A stretch of DNA of 64,000 nt, from contig NW_021836125.1 of assembly GCF_006345805.1 (NCBI RefSeq), positions 62,001-126,000 on the forward strand, written 5' to 3'. Position 1 is the stretch's first letter. Each line of letters begins with the position of its first letter. Of the stretch, positions 14,234 through 26,681 are shown piece after piece. Under the pieces are notes generated by a model that worked only from the letters and a program-made list of their open reading frames with translations, ran no database searches and was not told the origin of the DNA. Origin of the DNA: Octopus sinensis. Lineage: Eukaryota. Position numbers and translations under genes: made by a program.

Positions 14234-14658
14234 AGTTAGGGGACACAGCCCAGAAGATCCGTGAATCATAGCTTATATTGACTTGTGGAATTGTAACGTT
14301 TGAATTTAAAATTCATTTGCCTTTTATTTGTTGAGGCTCATTCTTGAATACGCGACCAACTACAGCATTCACTGTTTAAAAAAACAAAGCTGACTCGACA
14401 TAGAAAACACTCTGGTTTTTCGATTATTCTCTGTCATGTATGTTCGGAACACTTTTAAGAAGTCTATTGTAGATCCACTGACTTTCAGAGCACTTACAAT
14501 CTATGAGTTTCATGGACTTAGAAAAACTCAGGCTTTATAAAAAATAGCTTAATTTCCAAATTTAAAAAACATTAATCAAAAAAATTAGTCATAATAGTTA
14601 TAGAGGATTAATTGTTCTTCATGATCATTGGAAAATTGCTGAAATAATTGGTCCAAAG

Positions 14659-16962
14659 CAGTGTTCCCTCTAAGCTGCGCGCGTGCGCGGCCGCGCAGCA
14701 GTTTGCACCTTGCTGCGCAGCGAAATTTTTTTCTGCGCAGTAGAAAGTATAATATTAAAAATTGCTATTTTTTTTAATTTTTTATATGAATTTATATATT
14801 CTTATTTTCATTTCAAAACGAAAACGTGTCTATAATATTGATATGAGACTTAAGAAAAATTCTCCTTCTTTTAAGCCAGAATGGTTGATAGAGTACGTCG
14901 AAACCTTAACACCAGATTCAAAAATTCCCCAACATGTGCAACTGGGTGATATTTTTAGTTTTTCCGAAGACTGCGGAGTTGTTTGTAAAATATGTGGCGA
15001 CGCTAAAGCGACTTGTGATTTTGCGAGTGGAAAAACCTGGGATATATGGAAATTGGATTATCTGAAGAGACATATTACCCATAAAATTCATTCAGATTCA
15101 ATAATAAAATTAAGAAGAATTCGAGCAGGAACTGGAATCAGCTGCTTGCTCACAGAGTCTAAGGATGACCGACAGATGAGATTCAAAATGAGTGATCGTG
15201 CACGAAGTAAAATTGAAAAAGTGAAAATTCTCATTGACAATGTTATTTTGGCTCTCTCCATGAATGCTTCATTACTTTCTGTTATGAATATACATGATCA
15301 TATGGCAAAATATGTAGAACTTCCTGATAGCTGGCGAAGTAAAAATTATGCATTTGAGTTTGTTGAATGCATCGACTACGTGGTCAAAGAGATATGTATG
15401 CAGGAAATTAGAGAGTCTCGGTTCCATACACTCATTGTGGACGAAAGCACAGATATATCCGTAACCAAAATGCTTATTATATATATTAAATATCGTCCTA
15501 CGGGGACAAATTATCACAAAACAGTTTTTGCTAGCATAATGAAACTTACAAGTTGTGACAGTAAATCTATTTTCATTGCAATCAAGAAATTCTACATGAC
15601 AAACAATCTTGATTTTCAAAAGATGGTAATGTTTACATCAGATGGGGCATCCGTTATGCTAGGGAGAAGAAATGGCGTGGCATCACTGATCCGTGCTGAG
15701 GTTCCTCATCTTACTGAACAACATTGCGTCGTTCACAGACAAGATCTAGGGATCGATGATGCATGGAAAAAAAATAATCTTGTGAAAAATATTGAAATAT
15801 TACTCCGGACTGTTTATACTGTTTTCAGTCGATCAAGTATAAAAAAAGCTGCATTTCAGGACCTGGCTAATGTTGTTGTTGAAGATGTCGTTTCATTTAA
15901 GCCACTAAATGAAGTGAGATGGATGTCTCGGCATTTTGCTGTTAAAGCTTTGATAAAAAACTACACAATTTTAATTGAATATTTCAAGAAACAGGTTGAA
16001 GATGATAATGATCCGATTGCAAAATATTGCTTAAAACAACTTCAAAATCCTCTTATTCATGTTGCTTTAACTGTCTTAAATGAAATTTTGGCTGAATTAG
16101 CAGATTTGTGCACAGTTTTCCAAAGAAGCTGTATATCGACCATAGAAGCAGTACAGTTTGCCAGAGCAAAAATTTCGAAGCTGAAATCTCAATATTTGGA
16201 TGGAAATGAAATTTACTGGAGTGACAGTGTGAAGATGTTGTTATCAACAACTGGTTATGGAGATACAAATACAGATGAAATCCTATGCTTTATCGAGCAT
16301 GTTTATCTGCATTTACAAGAAAGATTTCCAGTTGACGAATTAAGAGAATGGGTAGCATTTGACACTCAAGCAATTCAAAATCAGACAAACTTTGAATTTG
16401 GAAAAGAGGAGATAATTAAATTAGCGAAAAAATATGAAAATTTACTCTCTTCAGAAGTCCCACTCATAAAACTGCAGTCGGAATATACAGATCTCAAGTT
16501 TATTTTAAAAGAAAAACTGCACTCTGGTGCTTTGAAAACATTTGAAGATGTAATTTACTATATACTAGCGGAGAAAAAATTTTCAGCCACTGCAACATTT
16601 GTGGATATTTGTGGCACATTTCAAGCGTCGAGTGCTGATGCTGAACGTGGATTTAGTTTGATGAACTGTATCAAAACTAAACTACGTAATAGACTTGAGA
16701 TTGACCATTTGGAGATGATCATGCGAATCAAATTCTATTTAACAAGTGGGAATACAGTGGATCTTGATCGAGTATACAAATTTTGGATACAAAATAAAAA
16801 CAGAAGAGAATATCCAATTGACTAGACCTATTTTTTTAACCATTGGTTTTTTAATTGTAAAATTTTCCCTCCCCAAAAATTTTTTGCACACGTCACTTTA
16901 TAACGCTGCACAATGCAATGTGCCCAGCGCGCATAGCTACCACTCGCTTAGAGGGAACACTG
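14659..16962 (+). mobile_element. Complete hAT transposon with uninterrupted ORF
   Basis: 17-bp TIRs CAGTGTTCCCTCTAAGC and a perfect 8-bp TSD GTCCAAAG on both sides. Confidence 0.95.
14843..16825 (+). CDS. hAT transposase (ZNF862-like; Zn finger, DDE, dimerisation domain)
   Basis: Open, intronless frame from the first plausible ATG. Motifs CKIC..RH...H, VDESTDIS, FTSDGASVM, HCVVH, RWMSR and SADAERGFSLM. Confidence 0.92.
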   Translation: MRLKKNSPSFKPEWLIEYVETLTPDSKIPQHVQLGDIFSFSEDCGVVCKICGDAKATCDFASGKTWDIWKLDYLKRHITHKIHSDSIIKLRRIRAGTGISCLLTESKDDRQMRFKMSDRARSKIEKVKILIDNVILALSMNASLLSVMNIHDHMAKYVELPDSWRSKNYAFEFVECIDYVVKEICMQEIRESRFHTLIVDESTDISVTKMLIIYIKYRPTGTNYHKTVFASIMKLTSCDSKSIFIAIKKFYMTNNLDFQKMVMFTSDGASVMLGRRNGVASLIRAEVPHLTEQHCVVHRQDLGIDDAWKKNNLVKNIEILLRTVYTVFSRSSIKKAAFQDLANVVVEDVVSFKPLNEVRWMSRHFAVKALIKNYTILIEYFKKQVEDDNDPIAKYCLKQLQNPLIHVALTVLNEILAELADLCTVFQRSCISTIEAVQFARAKISKLKSQYLDGNEIYWSDSVKMLLSTTGYGDTNTDEILCFIEHVYLHLQERFPVDELREWVAFDTQAIQNQTNFEFGKEEIIKLAKKYENLLSSEVPLIKLQSEYTDLKFILKEKLHSGALKTFEDVIYYILAEKKFSATATFVDICGTFQASSADAERGFSLMNCIKTKLRNRLEIDHLEMIMRIKFYLTSGNTVDLDRVYKFWIQNKNRREYPID

Positions 16963-17299
16963 GTCCAAAGACCTCTCTTCCGCAAAACAATATAGATCTT
17001 CAATCTCGTAAAAATCCTCATTTTCTATAGCCACAATCGGTTCCATTTTTTGATTCGGTTAGATTTTAACCCGTCCCGATACAGTATTTATACTTGCTAA
17101 TTAGTGAAAATTAAGTTCGCTGTTAAATTTCTTTTCCAATACTTCCTTTTTTTATCTTATAAACAATATTTTGTAATTTAGCAATTAATGGAAACTTTTT
17201 TATTTACGACCTCCAATTTTATTAATCCTAATTTTTCACTGATTGCGACTGATTTTAATATTCAAGATCAAATATTTTTATAATGATGCATTACTTTTG

Positions 17300-17490
17300 A
17301 ACAATTGCCGTCGAGACTTCCTGTGTTTTTGGGGCCAAGACGCTTGCTCATCTTAAAAAGCTTGGCCGTCTGTGGACCTATCGCTCCAGAGATCCCAGGA
17401 AATTTATATTCCTTATTCAGAGGATCTCGCTGGCTGTTTTACGCGGAAATTGTCTTTCAATCCTTCAAGCCAGTACTTAATAGCTAGGTT
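17300..17490 (+). mobile_element. CRE-like non-LTR extreme 3-prime end
   Basis: QRISLAVLRGNCLSILQAST* C-terminal motif, as in the other CRE copies. Confidence 0.7.
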
Positions 17491-18469
17491 TTTTTAACAA
17501 TTTCCTTGGGTTTAAATAAATAATTGTAAGTTTTTTTTAATTAACATGTCGAAATATATTTGAGTTTATAATATATTTGGGAAAAAAAAGTTTATAATCT
17601 GGGAGAAAAGATTTGAGTAATTATCGTTCGAAAGTTAATATTGATTATAGAAAAATTGTTGTTATTCTGGAATCATAATTATGTTCTCCTTTTTAATTAT
17701 GTAATTTGACCAGACAATAACTACATTTGATTTTAATAATTTCTAAAAACTCTTTTATCATTGAAGATATTGAAATTAAAAAATGCTTTTTTGAGTCGAC
17801 AGGTTACAGCAATCAAAAAATTTATTAAATAGTTAATTAAATGACAATATTCATAGTACTCACAAAGATAAAGCTCACATACATCATTTCGGTCCTCCTC
17901 AATGATTCTGAAAACATTCGTATGTGTGCATCCCAACAATTATCGCCTAATTCAAACACCAAAGGAGATACTTTTCAGGGTTTTTTAAGGGCAGATACTG
18001 CACATAAAACTCTATGCGTTATACACACTAAATTCGGAATTATCCTGCTTTAAGACTAAACATATCAATATTAATTTCAATCTGATTATATCGTATATTT
18101 ACCAAAAATGTAAATTTAACGCCGGTCTCTCGTGGGGAAAGTCTCAATAGCGCAGGAAAGGGGTATGCAGTGGTGTATGCACTGTGCCCGTGTCAAATCT
18201 TCGGTAAACCTACGGGTTTAAGGAATTATGTTGACATTTCTTTCATATTTTAAGCTGGATGTTTGTAATACTTTTAATAGTATTTTGTAGCACCATCTTT
18301 TCTACGAAATCACGCTGGCAGGTATAAGTTGGCAAATACTTTCTGGTTTCTCGACTTTCTTGTAATATTCCAAGAATATACACTTAACTGCCGATCCAGT
18401 TTATTGTGAGTCTCAAAAAACGTGGATCAAAGAACAAAAAGCCATTTGATGTCAACTCACGGAGAATCA

Positions 18470-18780
18470 AGCCATTTCCATGCTTTTTTTATAAGATTGA
18501 TTTCTATGAACGTTTTCAGGAATTATGAACAGATTATACATACTGTCACCGTCGGTGACACATACTATCCCTCTTAACAAAACATCGCCCGGTGGATCGC
18601 TCCCAGTTGATTTGCCAACAAGTCGTATTTGTGAAACTTTTCCACTTCGACCTGCTTGAGACAATTCTGTGAAGTGATTCCCACCTCGATAGGCGTAATT
18701 GTGTTGCTCGATTTGTCATGAACGAATATCCTGAATTGAGAAACAAGTTTTTTTCAGAATCACCCATAAAATGTGTTATG
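18470..18780 (-). mobile_element. R4-like RLE endonuclease relic
   Basis: DIFVHDKSSNTITPIEVGITSQNCLKQVEVEKFHKYDLLANQL. Confidence 0.8.
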
Positions 18781-19011
18781 ATCACTGATACAGTATTATT
18801 GTAGTTATTTGCCATGTAGAAATGCTTGTATGCATTTCTTAATGTAAACTAACTAATTATTTTAATATGTAACACTGTCGGCCGGAAGTATTTCGATGAT
18901 TTGATCCGAGAAATAGGTGTTGGCATACAAAAACCACTTATCCTCGAACATTCGCCACCCAGTCAGGTAACCCCGTGATATTCCATTGGGATTGAGCATA
19001 TACTTCTAGAG

Positions 19012-20330
19012 CAGGGGTGCGCAAGCTTTTTGGGTTTGCGGCCGCATAGCATGTTTTTTTCCTTCTCTTCCACGGCCGCACATTTTCTGCATTATTTTTT
19101 CGATATTAATATAGTAATTTTTTTAATTATTAAAAGTGACCGTATAAGTTGCCCATTGTCATCGAGACCGAATGAGTTCTTGGACAGGAAATGCTCTCGT
19201 TCATCAGGGACATCATATTATTAAAATAAATAATTATTTCATGGACAAAAGATAAGAAAGAAGGAAAATTAATTAAAAGAAATGTATTATACAAGTTATT
19301 CTAATGACGGCTAGGATCTTTGGTATTTTTTGCGAGCTTATTAAAATCCACTGGTAGGGTAGATATCATTATGCGCAAACATGACTCTAAGTTTGCATCC
19401 GTTATCCGAGATCTATATTGACTTTTTAAATATTTTATTTTGGAAAATGTAGACTCACATAAATATGTGCATCCGAATAAAACGAGAATATTTCTTGCCA
19501 TTTCACGTAAATTTGGATAATCTGTCGCTGATTAAATCATTGCAAAATTAAATCATTTTTTAATTTCAATAATTCAATTTGAAATTCCAATGGCGCATTC
19601 TCAATCGAAACAGTATGTGGTGCTGCAGTTAATTGAAGTTTGAGTTCAATTTTTTTTAATTCGTTAAATCGCTCTTCAAATTGTTTCAAAATATAATCGA
19701 ATATAGTATTAAATGTATTTGGTGTAAGATCGTCATAATTAATTATTTTGTCATCAATGAGATTTTTGACTTTTTGAAAATGAAATAATTCATTTTTTTC
19801 TATGTGAATCTTCAGTAGGCGGCATGTATTCATAAAATCGTTAATTTTTTTATACATTCGACAAATTGTTTGGTCCTTACCTTGCAAAGATATATTCAAA
19901 TTATTGATATATGGACTTGACAACTAGGTGGTCTAGATGTCTTTGAAAATGTTGTTTAGCATTGTCACGTTTTATAGTTTTCACAATCTCATGGCACAAT
20001 AAGCATTGCATGCTATTGTTGTCTGTTTCGACTACGAAGTATTCACTTTCCCAGTTGATATTAAATTTTCTTTTTTCTTCATTCAAAGCACGTCGTCTTT
20101 TAACAGGTAATGACATAAATAAATTAAGCCGTTTATGATAATTACTTTTAATAAAGGTTAACCATTATATAAAAATAGAATTTTATTTAATATGAATATT
20201 TTTAATTATTATTTAGGGTTTTTCTTGATTAATTAACACTATGAGCATTATATTTAAGATTAGTTGCTCGATGACCTAATTGTGCCCACGGCCGCACATT
20301 CATCGACTCTCGGCCGCATGCGGCCTTTTT
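19012..20330 (-). mobile_element. Internally deleted hAT (EPM2AIP1/GTF2IRD2-like) derivative
   Basis: Left TIR CAGGGGTGCGCAA. The N-terminal zinc-finger segment (FNINWESEYF..CLLC..HFQRH) is fused to the C-terminus (LFGCTYLCESTFS) and the catalytic middle is missing. The right TIR was not found. Confidence 0.8.
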
Positions 20331-20389
20331 TCAGTACTCTCGTCCAGAGATATGATCGAAACTGTTTTTTCTCAAATAAATGAACAGAG

Positions 20390-20960
20390 GAATTCATTTG
20401 CTGTGGATGATTGCGTCGCCGTTTGGGACAAGCTGGGACTGCCATTGCCGTCTGAAGTGACGTGCCAATCGGAGTGAACGCCAATACGTATTAAAGGCTA
20501 AAGGAAAGCATGGACCAGAGAAGATTGGTTTGTTTACAAGCGAGGAGCCAGCCCCTAAGCGGCGCTTGGCTAAACTGTTACCCTTGTAATACAACTGACT
20601 GCCTTCTTAGTGATGAATCCGTGAGAACTGGAGTCTGTCTACGCTTCGGTCTACTCGTTTATGCAAAACAATGCCGCTGCGGCGTGTGGACCGACGAGTT
20701 TGGATATCACTCCCTCTCATGCCGGAACAGAATTGGACGTTCCTCACGACATTCCGAACTGAACCAGATCATCTGTCGATCTCTCCGAACTGCTGGATTC
20801 CACACACAATTGGAACCTACAGGGATTTTCGTAGAGGACGGCAGAAGACTCGATGGGATGACCACATTTCATTTCAGAGGGGAAAGTGTCTGGTTTGGGA
20901 CGTCACGTGCGTAAACTCCTTTTCCAATCAGAATATCAAGTTGTGTGTATCTGATTAATT
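20390..20960 (+). mobile_element. CRE-like non-LTR 3-prime fragment (Zn knuckle, RLE)
   Basis: SGAWLNC, CRCG..DEFGYHSLSC, RHSELN, LEPTG and R.DGMT motifs. Confidence 0.82.
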
Positions 20961-21089
20961 CTATTAAAAATTGTTTGCAAATAATTTTATATACTGACGT
21001 CGAACAAACCGTATCGTAAATCATAATTCTCTTTGGCTTTATCTTTGTTTTAAAATTAATTATTTTTCTCTAAGAGAATTCAAAACGGC

Positions 21090-22352
21090 GGGTGTCGGTG
21101 ATAAAGAGACCCGGTCATCTAAAAGACTTGACTTCTCCTGTGACCGCAGAAGTTGGACGGAAACTTTTACGCTCAATTACCAATCTCTGCAACCGTTTTA
21201 TCTCCGGTTCGCTTCCTGATTTTGCTCGCGGTATCTTCTTTTCTGCAAACCTTACTGCCCTCGGGAAGAAGGACAACGGCGTAAGAAACGTCGCTGTGGG
21301 TAATTTTTTCCGCTGTGGCTTCTCTGTCACGCCATTGTCCCTGTTTGTCTCCAAACTTTCTACCCGCTCAACTTGGTGTCGGCTTTTCCAATGGTTGCAA
21401 GGCCTCAGCCCATTCCATTCGTGAGCTGTTAGAATCTTCCGAGGAGTTTATCATGGTCAAACTGGACGTAGCTAATGCTTTCAACTCGATCAGACGGGAT
21501 CACTTACTGTAGTGCTGCCGCGAAATGGCTCCTTTCGAATACCCCCTCGTACATCTCGCTTACGCATCTCCAAGCATACTTATGTGCGACGATGTTCCTA
21601 TCATTTCGTCTACTGGGGTTCAGCAGGGCGATCCCCTGGGTCCTGTACGACCTCCATTTTATCCTCCCATCACTTTCGGCCATTGGCCTATCTATCAACC
21701 CAAAAAAATCTGAAATTGTGAATTTCGGCCTCCAATAAAGTTTATTCTCTGCCGCCTCTTCGGTTTGCTGCAATATTCTTCCAGACGTTCGTATTACCGA
21801 AAACTCTAATCTATCCATCCTTGGGGCTCCCATGGGTCCTTCCGCCCTAGAAGCTTCATTTTCTGAAAAAATTTCGAATCTCGCTAAAATGATCGAGAGG
21901 CTTAAAAACATCGAGCCTCACGTCGCATTTTTCCTCTTGCGAAATCACTTTTCCTTTATACGCTAAGATGTGCACCCTGTTTCCACAAAAGTGACCTCCT
22001 ATCTGATTTCGTTGCGGCAGGTCTCTTATGAAAGGCCCGGTTTGACTCGAGGCGGCCTGAGTCCGAGGACAACCAGCGCCAGTGGGACGAGATTGTATGT
22101 CGGTCTTTGTACGAAAAACTCACTCCGAAACTTAACCAACACAGGCTTGCCTGCCTTCGTGCAGACTGTCACCCAGGCAGCGGTACTTGGATTGATGCCT
22201 TCCCCCTCTCTTCAATTGGGAACCTCCTGGACTCCGAGTGGCTAAGAATCGCCATCTCCTTACATGTCGGGCTCAAAATCTGTCAGGCCCACAAATGTCG
22301 CTGTGACAAAACTGTGGACGAGTTCGGGTTACATCCCCTCTCCTGTGGGTAG
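21090..22352 (+). mobile_element. CRE-like non-LTR fragment with internal deletions
   Basis: LTALGKKDNGVRNVAVG, KLDVANAFNSIRR, GVQQGDPLGP, INPKKSE, GTWIDAFP and CRCDKTVDEFGLHPLSC. The YLDD segment is absent. Confidence 0.85.
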
Positions 22353-22493
22353 TCTTAAACAATCTTTCTCTCTTTTCTAACTGTCTCTATTAAACTAATT
22401 TAATTTTAAAAAAATTAATAAATATTTATTAAAAAATTAAATGTAAAAAATTAAATCGATTATTTTTTAAATTACACGTGTTGCGTTGTGAGC

Positions 22494-23050
22494 ATGCCAA
22501 TTTCTGTTGAGAAAAAGTCTAATGACTACGTCCAAGTTTATGGCTATAAAGTTCTGAATATAACCTAACAACTAGAAAACAGCAAAGGCGGTTGCTCTTT
22601 GTCGCAAAGGACAGGGAATGATCCGCATAAACAACAAACTACTCAAAATCTGGGAGCCTAAAGCTCTTCTTCCAAAAGTATTCAATACTCCTTCAAAATT
22701 TAGCTCTGGGATCCAATCATCGCTCTTGGTCAAGGAACGTTTGAAGACTTGAACATTCAAGTTCGTGTCTCTGGGGGAGGAGTCGTCTCTCAGATTTACG
22801 GTTAAGACTTTCACGAGATTTTTTTAGCCATCCGTCAGGCAATTTCCAAGTCAATTATCGCCTTTTATGCGAAATGTGGGATTTGTTATTTTTTAACTTT
22901 TTAGATAAGGACGAGGCTAGTAAGAATGAATTGGAGAATTGTCTCTTGAGTTATGATCAATCACTTCTTCATTCCGATCCCAGAAAGAGGGAGGCGAAAA
23001 AGTTTGGAGGGCCTGGAGCTCGTGCCAGATACCAAAAGTCGTATCGATAA
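22494..23050 (+). CDS. RPS16: 40S ribosomal protein S16 (uS9), 4 introns (25, 26, 27, 29 nt)
   Basis: Spliced protein reads [21 protein letters not shown]...[27 protein letters not shown]...[24 protein letters not shown]. Confidence 0.96.
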
Positions 23051-24569
23051 ATTAATTTCATTTTTTTTTTCTGTTGAAATATCTTCCTTATTTATTTTAG
23101 TTATTAAAACTTTTTGTTAGTCGATTTAGTTTATTTCCTGAACTAAAAAGCATTTTTTATTTATAATTTTTAAAAAAAAACCGCATTGAAGCAAATTTGG
23201 TTTTTTTGTCGGGGATTGTATAACTGATTGTATAGTAAATAAAATATTTAAAAGTTTAAATATTTAGTAAATTGTTTGGAATGAGATTTTTATCTACAAA
23301 TATTTAAAATTCAGCACCAAATTTGCATAGGCTTAGTCAATTCTATCATGAAGAAAGTAAACAGAAAGAACTATAACGAAATCAACTTTTGGCGCTATCC
23401 AGAAATCTCATACGTCTTTATCCTGTAGATTAAAGCTTACAAGAATTAAATAAATGTGAGTGGAAAGAAAATTTAAAACGAATGCAGCTGTTCTTATGAG
23501 ATTTTAAACTAGCGAATGAATGAAAAGCAAAAATGAGGTGCGGAAATACGACAGAAGAATAGTTATTGAAATGTTGTACACACACAGAAACAAACACAAA
23601 AATACACAGAAAAAATAAAAACCAGATCTAAGGACTCCCTATAGACTGTCTCCCAAATCAAATTTGGAAAGGAGTCTATAAGAATCAGAAAACTGAATTA
23701 AGTCTGCTCAAAAATAAACAAACCCCAAAAAACTCGACTCTTTATGATAAAGAAGTTCAGAACTGTCAAGAAAAAAGGAAACTTGCGATTAAAATCTTTT
23801 TTCAAACGTTTTTATTGATTACACAAAACAATGTCTTTATTAGGGACTTGAACTTCATTGTAAAACAAAAGTAGTTAAGAACTTAGATTATTATACAAAT
23901 AACCTGCAAACTTTCATTTGCCGAGTGGACTGTTTGGAAAATTAACATGGTCTGATTACAGCATCAACAAGTCATTCCTTCTAGTGCCTCTTCAACCACT
24001 GGCAAACTAAAAAGACTCACAATTGATTCCAATTCTATTAGCAACACTCTATACAAAATCCTTTCTGACTTTCTACAAAACAGTCAAAAATAGCAACCTG
24101 TCTTTTACTTTATGAGAAAAAGAAACTGGACGCTCTTACAATTCTGGGATCAATTTGAAACATTTTTTTACCTTTCTAAAAAAATTATCTTTGAATAAGT
24201 GTCAGGTATTAAACTTAAAAAGTAGTTTTTCTGATTTATATTTGTTTTAATGACTTTTTGTTTCTTTTCTTAGATTAAATAACAAATGGAACATTTAAAT
24301 GTATTCAGAAGATGTTTTATCAATTTAATGTCTGAAAATACAGTAATAGCCTGATGTACTTTAAACACATTAAATATTTTTATCGTTTTAGAAACATTTA
24401 ATGCTTTGATAGACAACGACATCATCTAACCAGAATCTCTACAAGATTCTTAAAAAGCACTGCATACATTAAAAATAAAAACATCCTTTTTAGAAAAACC
24501 TGATTTATACTAACCAACATTAAACCCCGTAATTCGTTGTAAATTGAATGTTATTTTCAAATGAAAATA

Positions 24570-25966
24570 TTAAGTATTTGTTATTTGAGAAATACTAAAT
24601 TTTGGTTTCCAAGGCTCATTAGAAACCGGATGTAAAACAATTCCTTCGTGGTCATCGCTCTGCTTGGCCAACGATAGCTCAGGACCTCTCTTTGACCGTT
24701 TTCCCTCTGTAACGACAGTCCCCGGTACTGGCTGAATCAGGTCAAGCTAAAATATATTTTCTTTTATAAACAAAAGCAAGCTGATTTATCCCGTCATCTC
24801 GAATATGCGCAGATGATTGGAGTGAAAGAGAATTCTTTTTTCTTATTCTTTCTTTAATTTGTTCTATTTGATTATTTATTTTTATTCACTTGACTGAACT
24901 ACACTAAAATCATTCAAGTCTTCAATTTGTCGTGACTTTTTCCCTTCTCGTAGATTTAGGATTGGTAACTTTCTAAAATAAAAACATGTGAATATACTTG
25001 TAATCTAACACTGATCTTGGCTCTATTTTTATGGTTGAAATGATATTTCCATGAACATCAAATACGACCTCCTTTTTTACATTTGTTCGACATGGGAGAG
25101 TCTAAATTAGTAAAATTGAAGTAACCTTGTAAACATGTGTGCTTAGAAATTTGTGAGATTCTTCTGACGGCCAGTTTTTAAGAGTTTTTCTTTCTTTTTG
25201 GGCTTGGCTTGAAAGAGTGGCCAGGCTAGAGGATTTAGATTTTGTCGAAATTGGGCAAGGAGTTATATTTTGCTTAATTTTGTTGACTTCTTTCTTTTTC
25301 TTAAACATAATTGATCAGAACACAACTGGAATAGCAACTGCGGACGATTTTACTAAAACGACGGATTCTTCAGGTGAAAATGACTCATCTTCCACAGCTT
25401 CTTCCTCCCAGCTACCAAATTTACCGTAATATTATTCTCACGTCTCTTTAATATTTTGATCTTCTGACTGCGGAGTAGATATTTGTAAAGGTTTGACTGC
25501 CAGTGTTGGAATGCAGGCCTGAGCCCAATTATCTTTTACACAGGGAGAAGGAACTAACAATTGAATTTAACTGAGACTAACGGTTGCGGTCATTTGCAAG
25601 CATTCTAGCACAGTCTACGCTTTCGCCTTCATCTCGGACGATAAAATTCCACTGAAGAATGACCCGATTTATGAATACCTTGACGATATGCAGTATCGCC
25701 TCCTTTGCTTGATCTAAAGTAAATGGAATCACGGAATTTTCAATAAAATTTTCGTAGCACACGTTTTCTACTTGATTTACGAGTTCATTGACTATATTGT
25801 TGATAAAATAGTTTTCCTCTTGAATTTCCATTATTTGGTTCCTTTTTATATGTAGTTTTTTAATCAACCATTCAATGTCGTTCAGTCTTCCAGGAATGAT
25901 TTCATAGTTTGGAGTAGGACCAGGACTTTTTGGTCTATTTTTTTGTCGAGTTGACTTCGAAGCCAT
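24570..25966 (-). CDS. C2orf81/DUF4639-like protein (cilia/testis-associated family), mini-introns
   Basis: EIIPGRLNDIEW, IPFTLDQAKEAILHIV, WNFIVRDEGES, DNWAQACIP, VFDVHGNII and QPVPGTVVTEGKRSKRGP, recalled as matching C2orf81. Confidence 0.75.
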
Positions 25967-26086
25967 TTTAAATTAAAAAAGTTTCTATGACTCTAAAAAT
26001 TGTTTTAAATTTTCATCACCATTAAAAACTTATACAAAATAAAAATTTAATAAAATTATTTTTAACGCTTTTTTCAATCCCAGTCT

Positions 26087-26549
26087 TCATTTCTTAGAAA
26101 TTAAGCTGTGGCCACCACCATGTTCTGCAAAACTTACTTTTCGAATATAGTCTGAAAAGAACTCAGAAGTCCATAAATTGTGGGTCACTTAAATATGACC
26201 TCCAAACCTCTTTCCAGAAATTGTTTTCTTTTTCCTTGGGCATTAAGATCTAAATTTCTTAATTCCAACTTTTTACATAATAATGATTCGCGGTTAACAA
26301 CTGGCTAACTTGTACATCAAACGACACATCATGAACAAAATAAAATTAAGTTTCGGATTTAAAATAACCGACTGACCAGCAAATGATTTCTCGCTTAAAT
26401 AAAATGTTCGACTTGACTGCCAATTTGTCAACTAATGATTCAAAAAGTATTTTTGACATCGACAAGCTCGTTCTTTGATGAATATTATTCTTATTTGATG
26501 TTTTGAAAAAATTCAAAAGTTTTACAGATTCTCCAGATCTTTTTTCCAT
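26087..26549 (-). CDS. Small hypothetical intron-containing protein
   Basis: ATG-led 67-codon open segment followed by GT-AG-bounded short segments, ending ...HGGGHSLISKK*. No recognised motif, and the exon structure is uncertain. Confidence 0.3.
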
Positions 26550-26681
26550 TAATTAAAGTTTTAACAATTTTGAGCGCTGACTTTTTGAGTTCTAATATCA
26601 AACGTAAAAAATGTGCATTTTCATTTGTTAAAAAATTATTTATTAGTTGACTTTCTTGTTAATCATAAATTAAATGTTAAA

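Noticed and set aside
14340-14560. Penelope-like relic (KKSIVDPLTFRALTI)
   Set aside because: A single short weak motif is insufficient support.
18120-18235. GC-richer segment as a possible snRNA or SRP RNA
   Set aside because: No recognisable U1/U2/U5/SRP motifs.
23280-24500. Possible coding region
   Set aside because: Frequent in-frame stops without consistent mini-intron boundaries and no recognisable motif.
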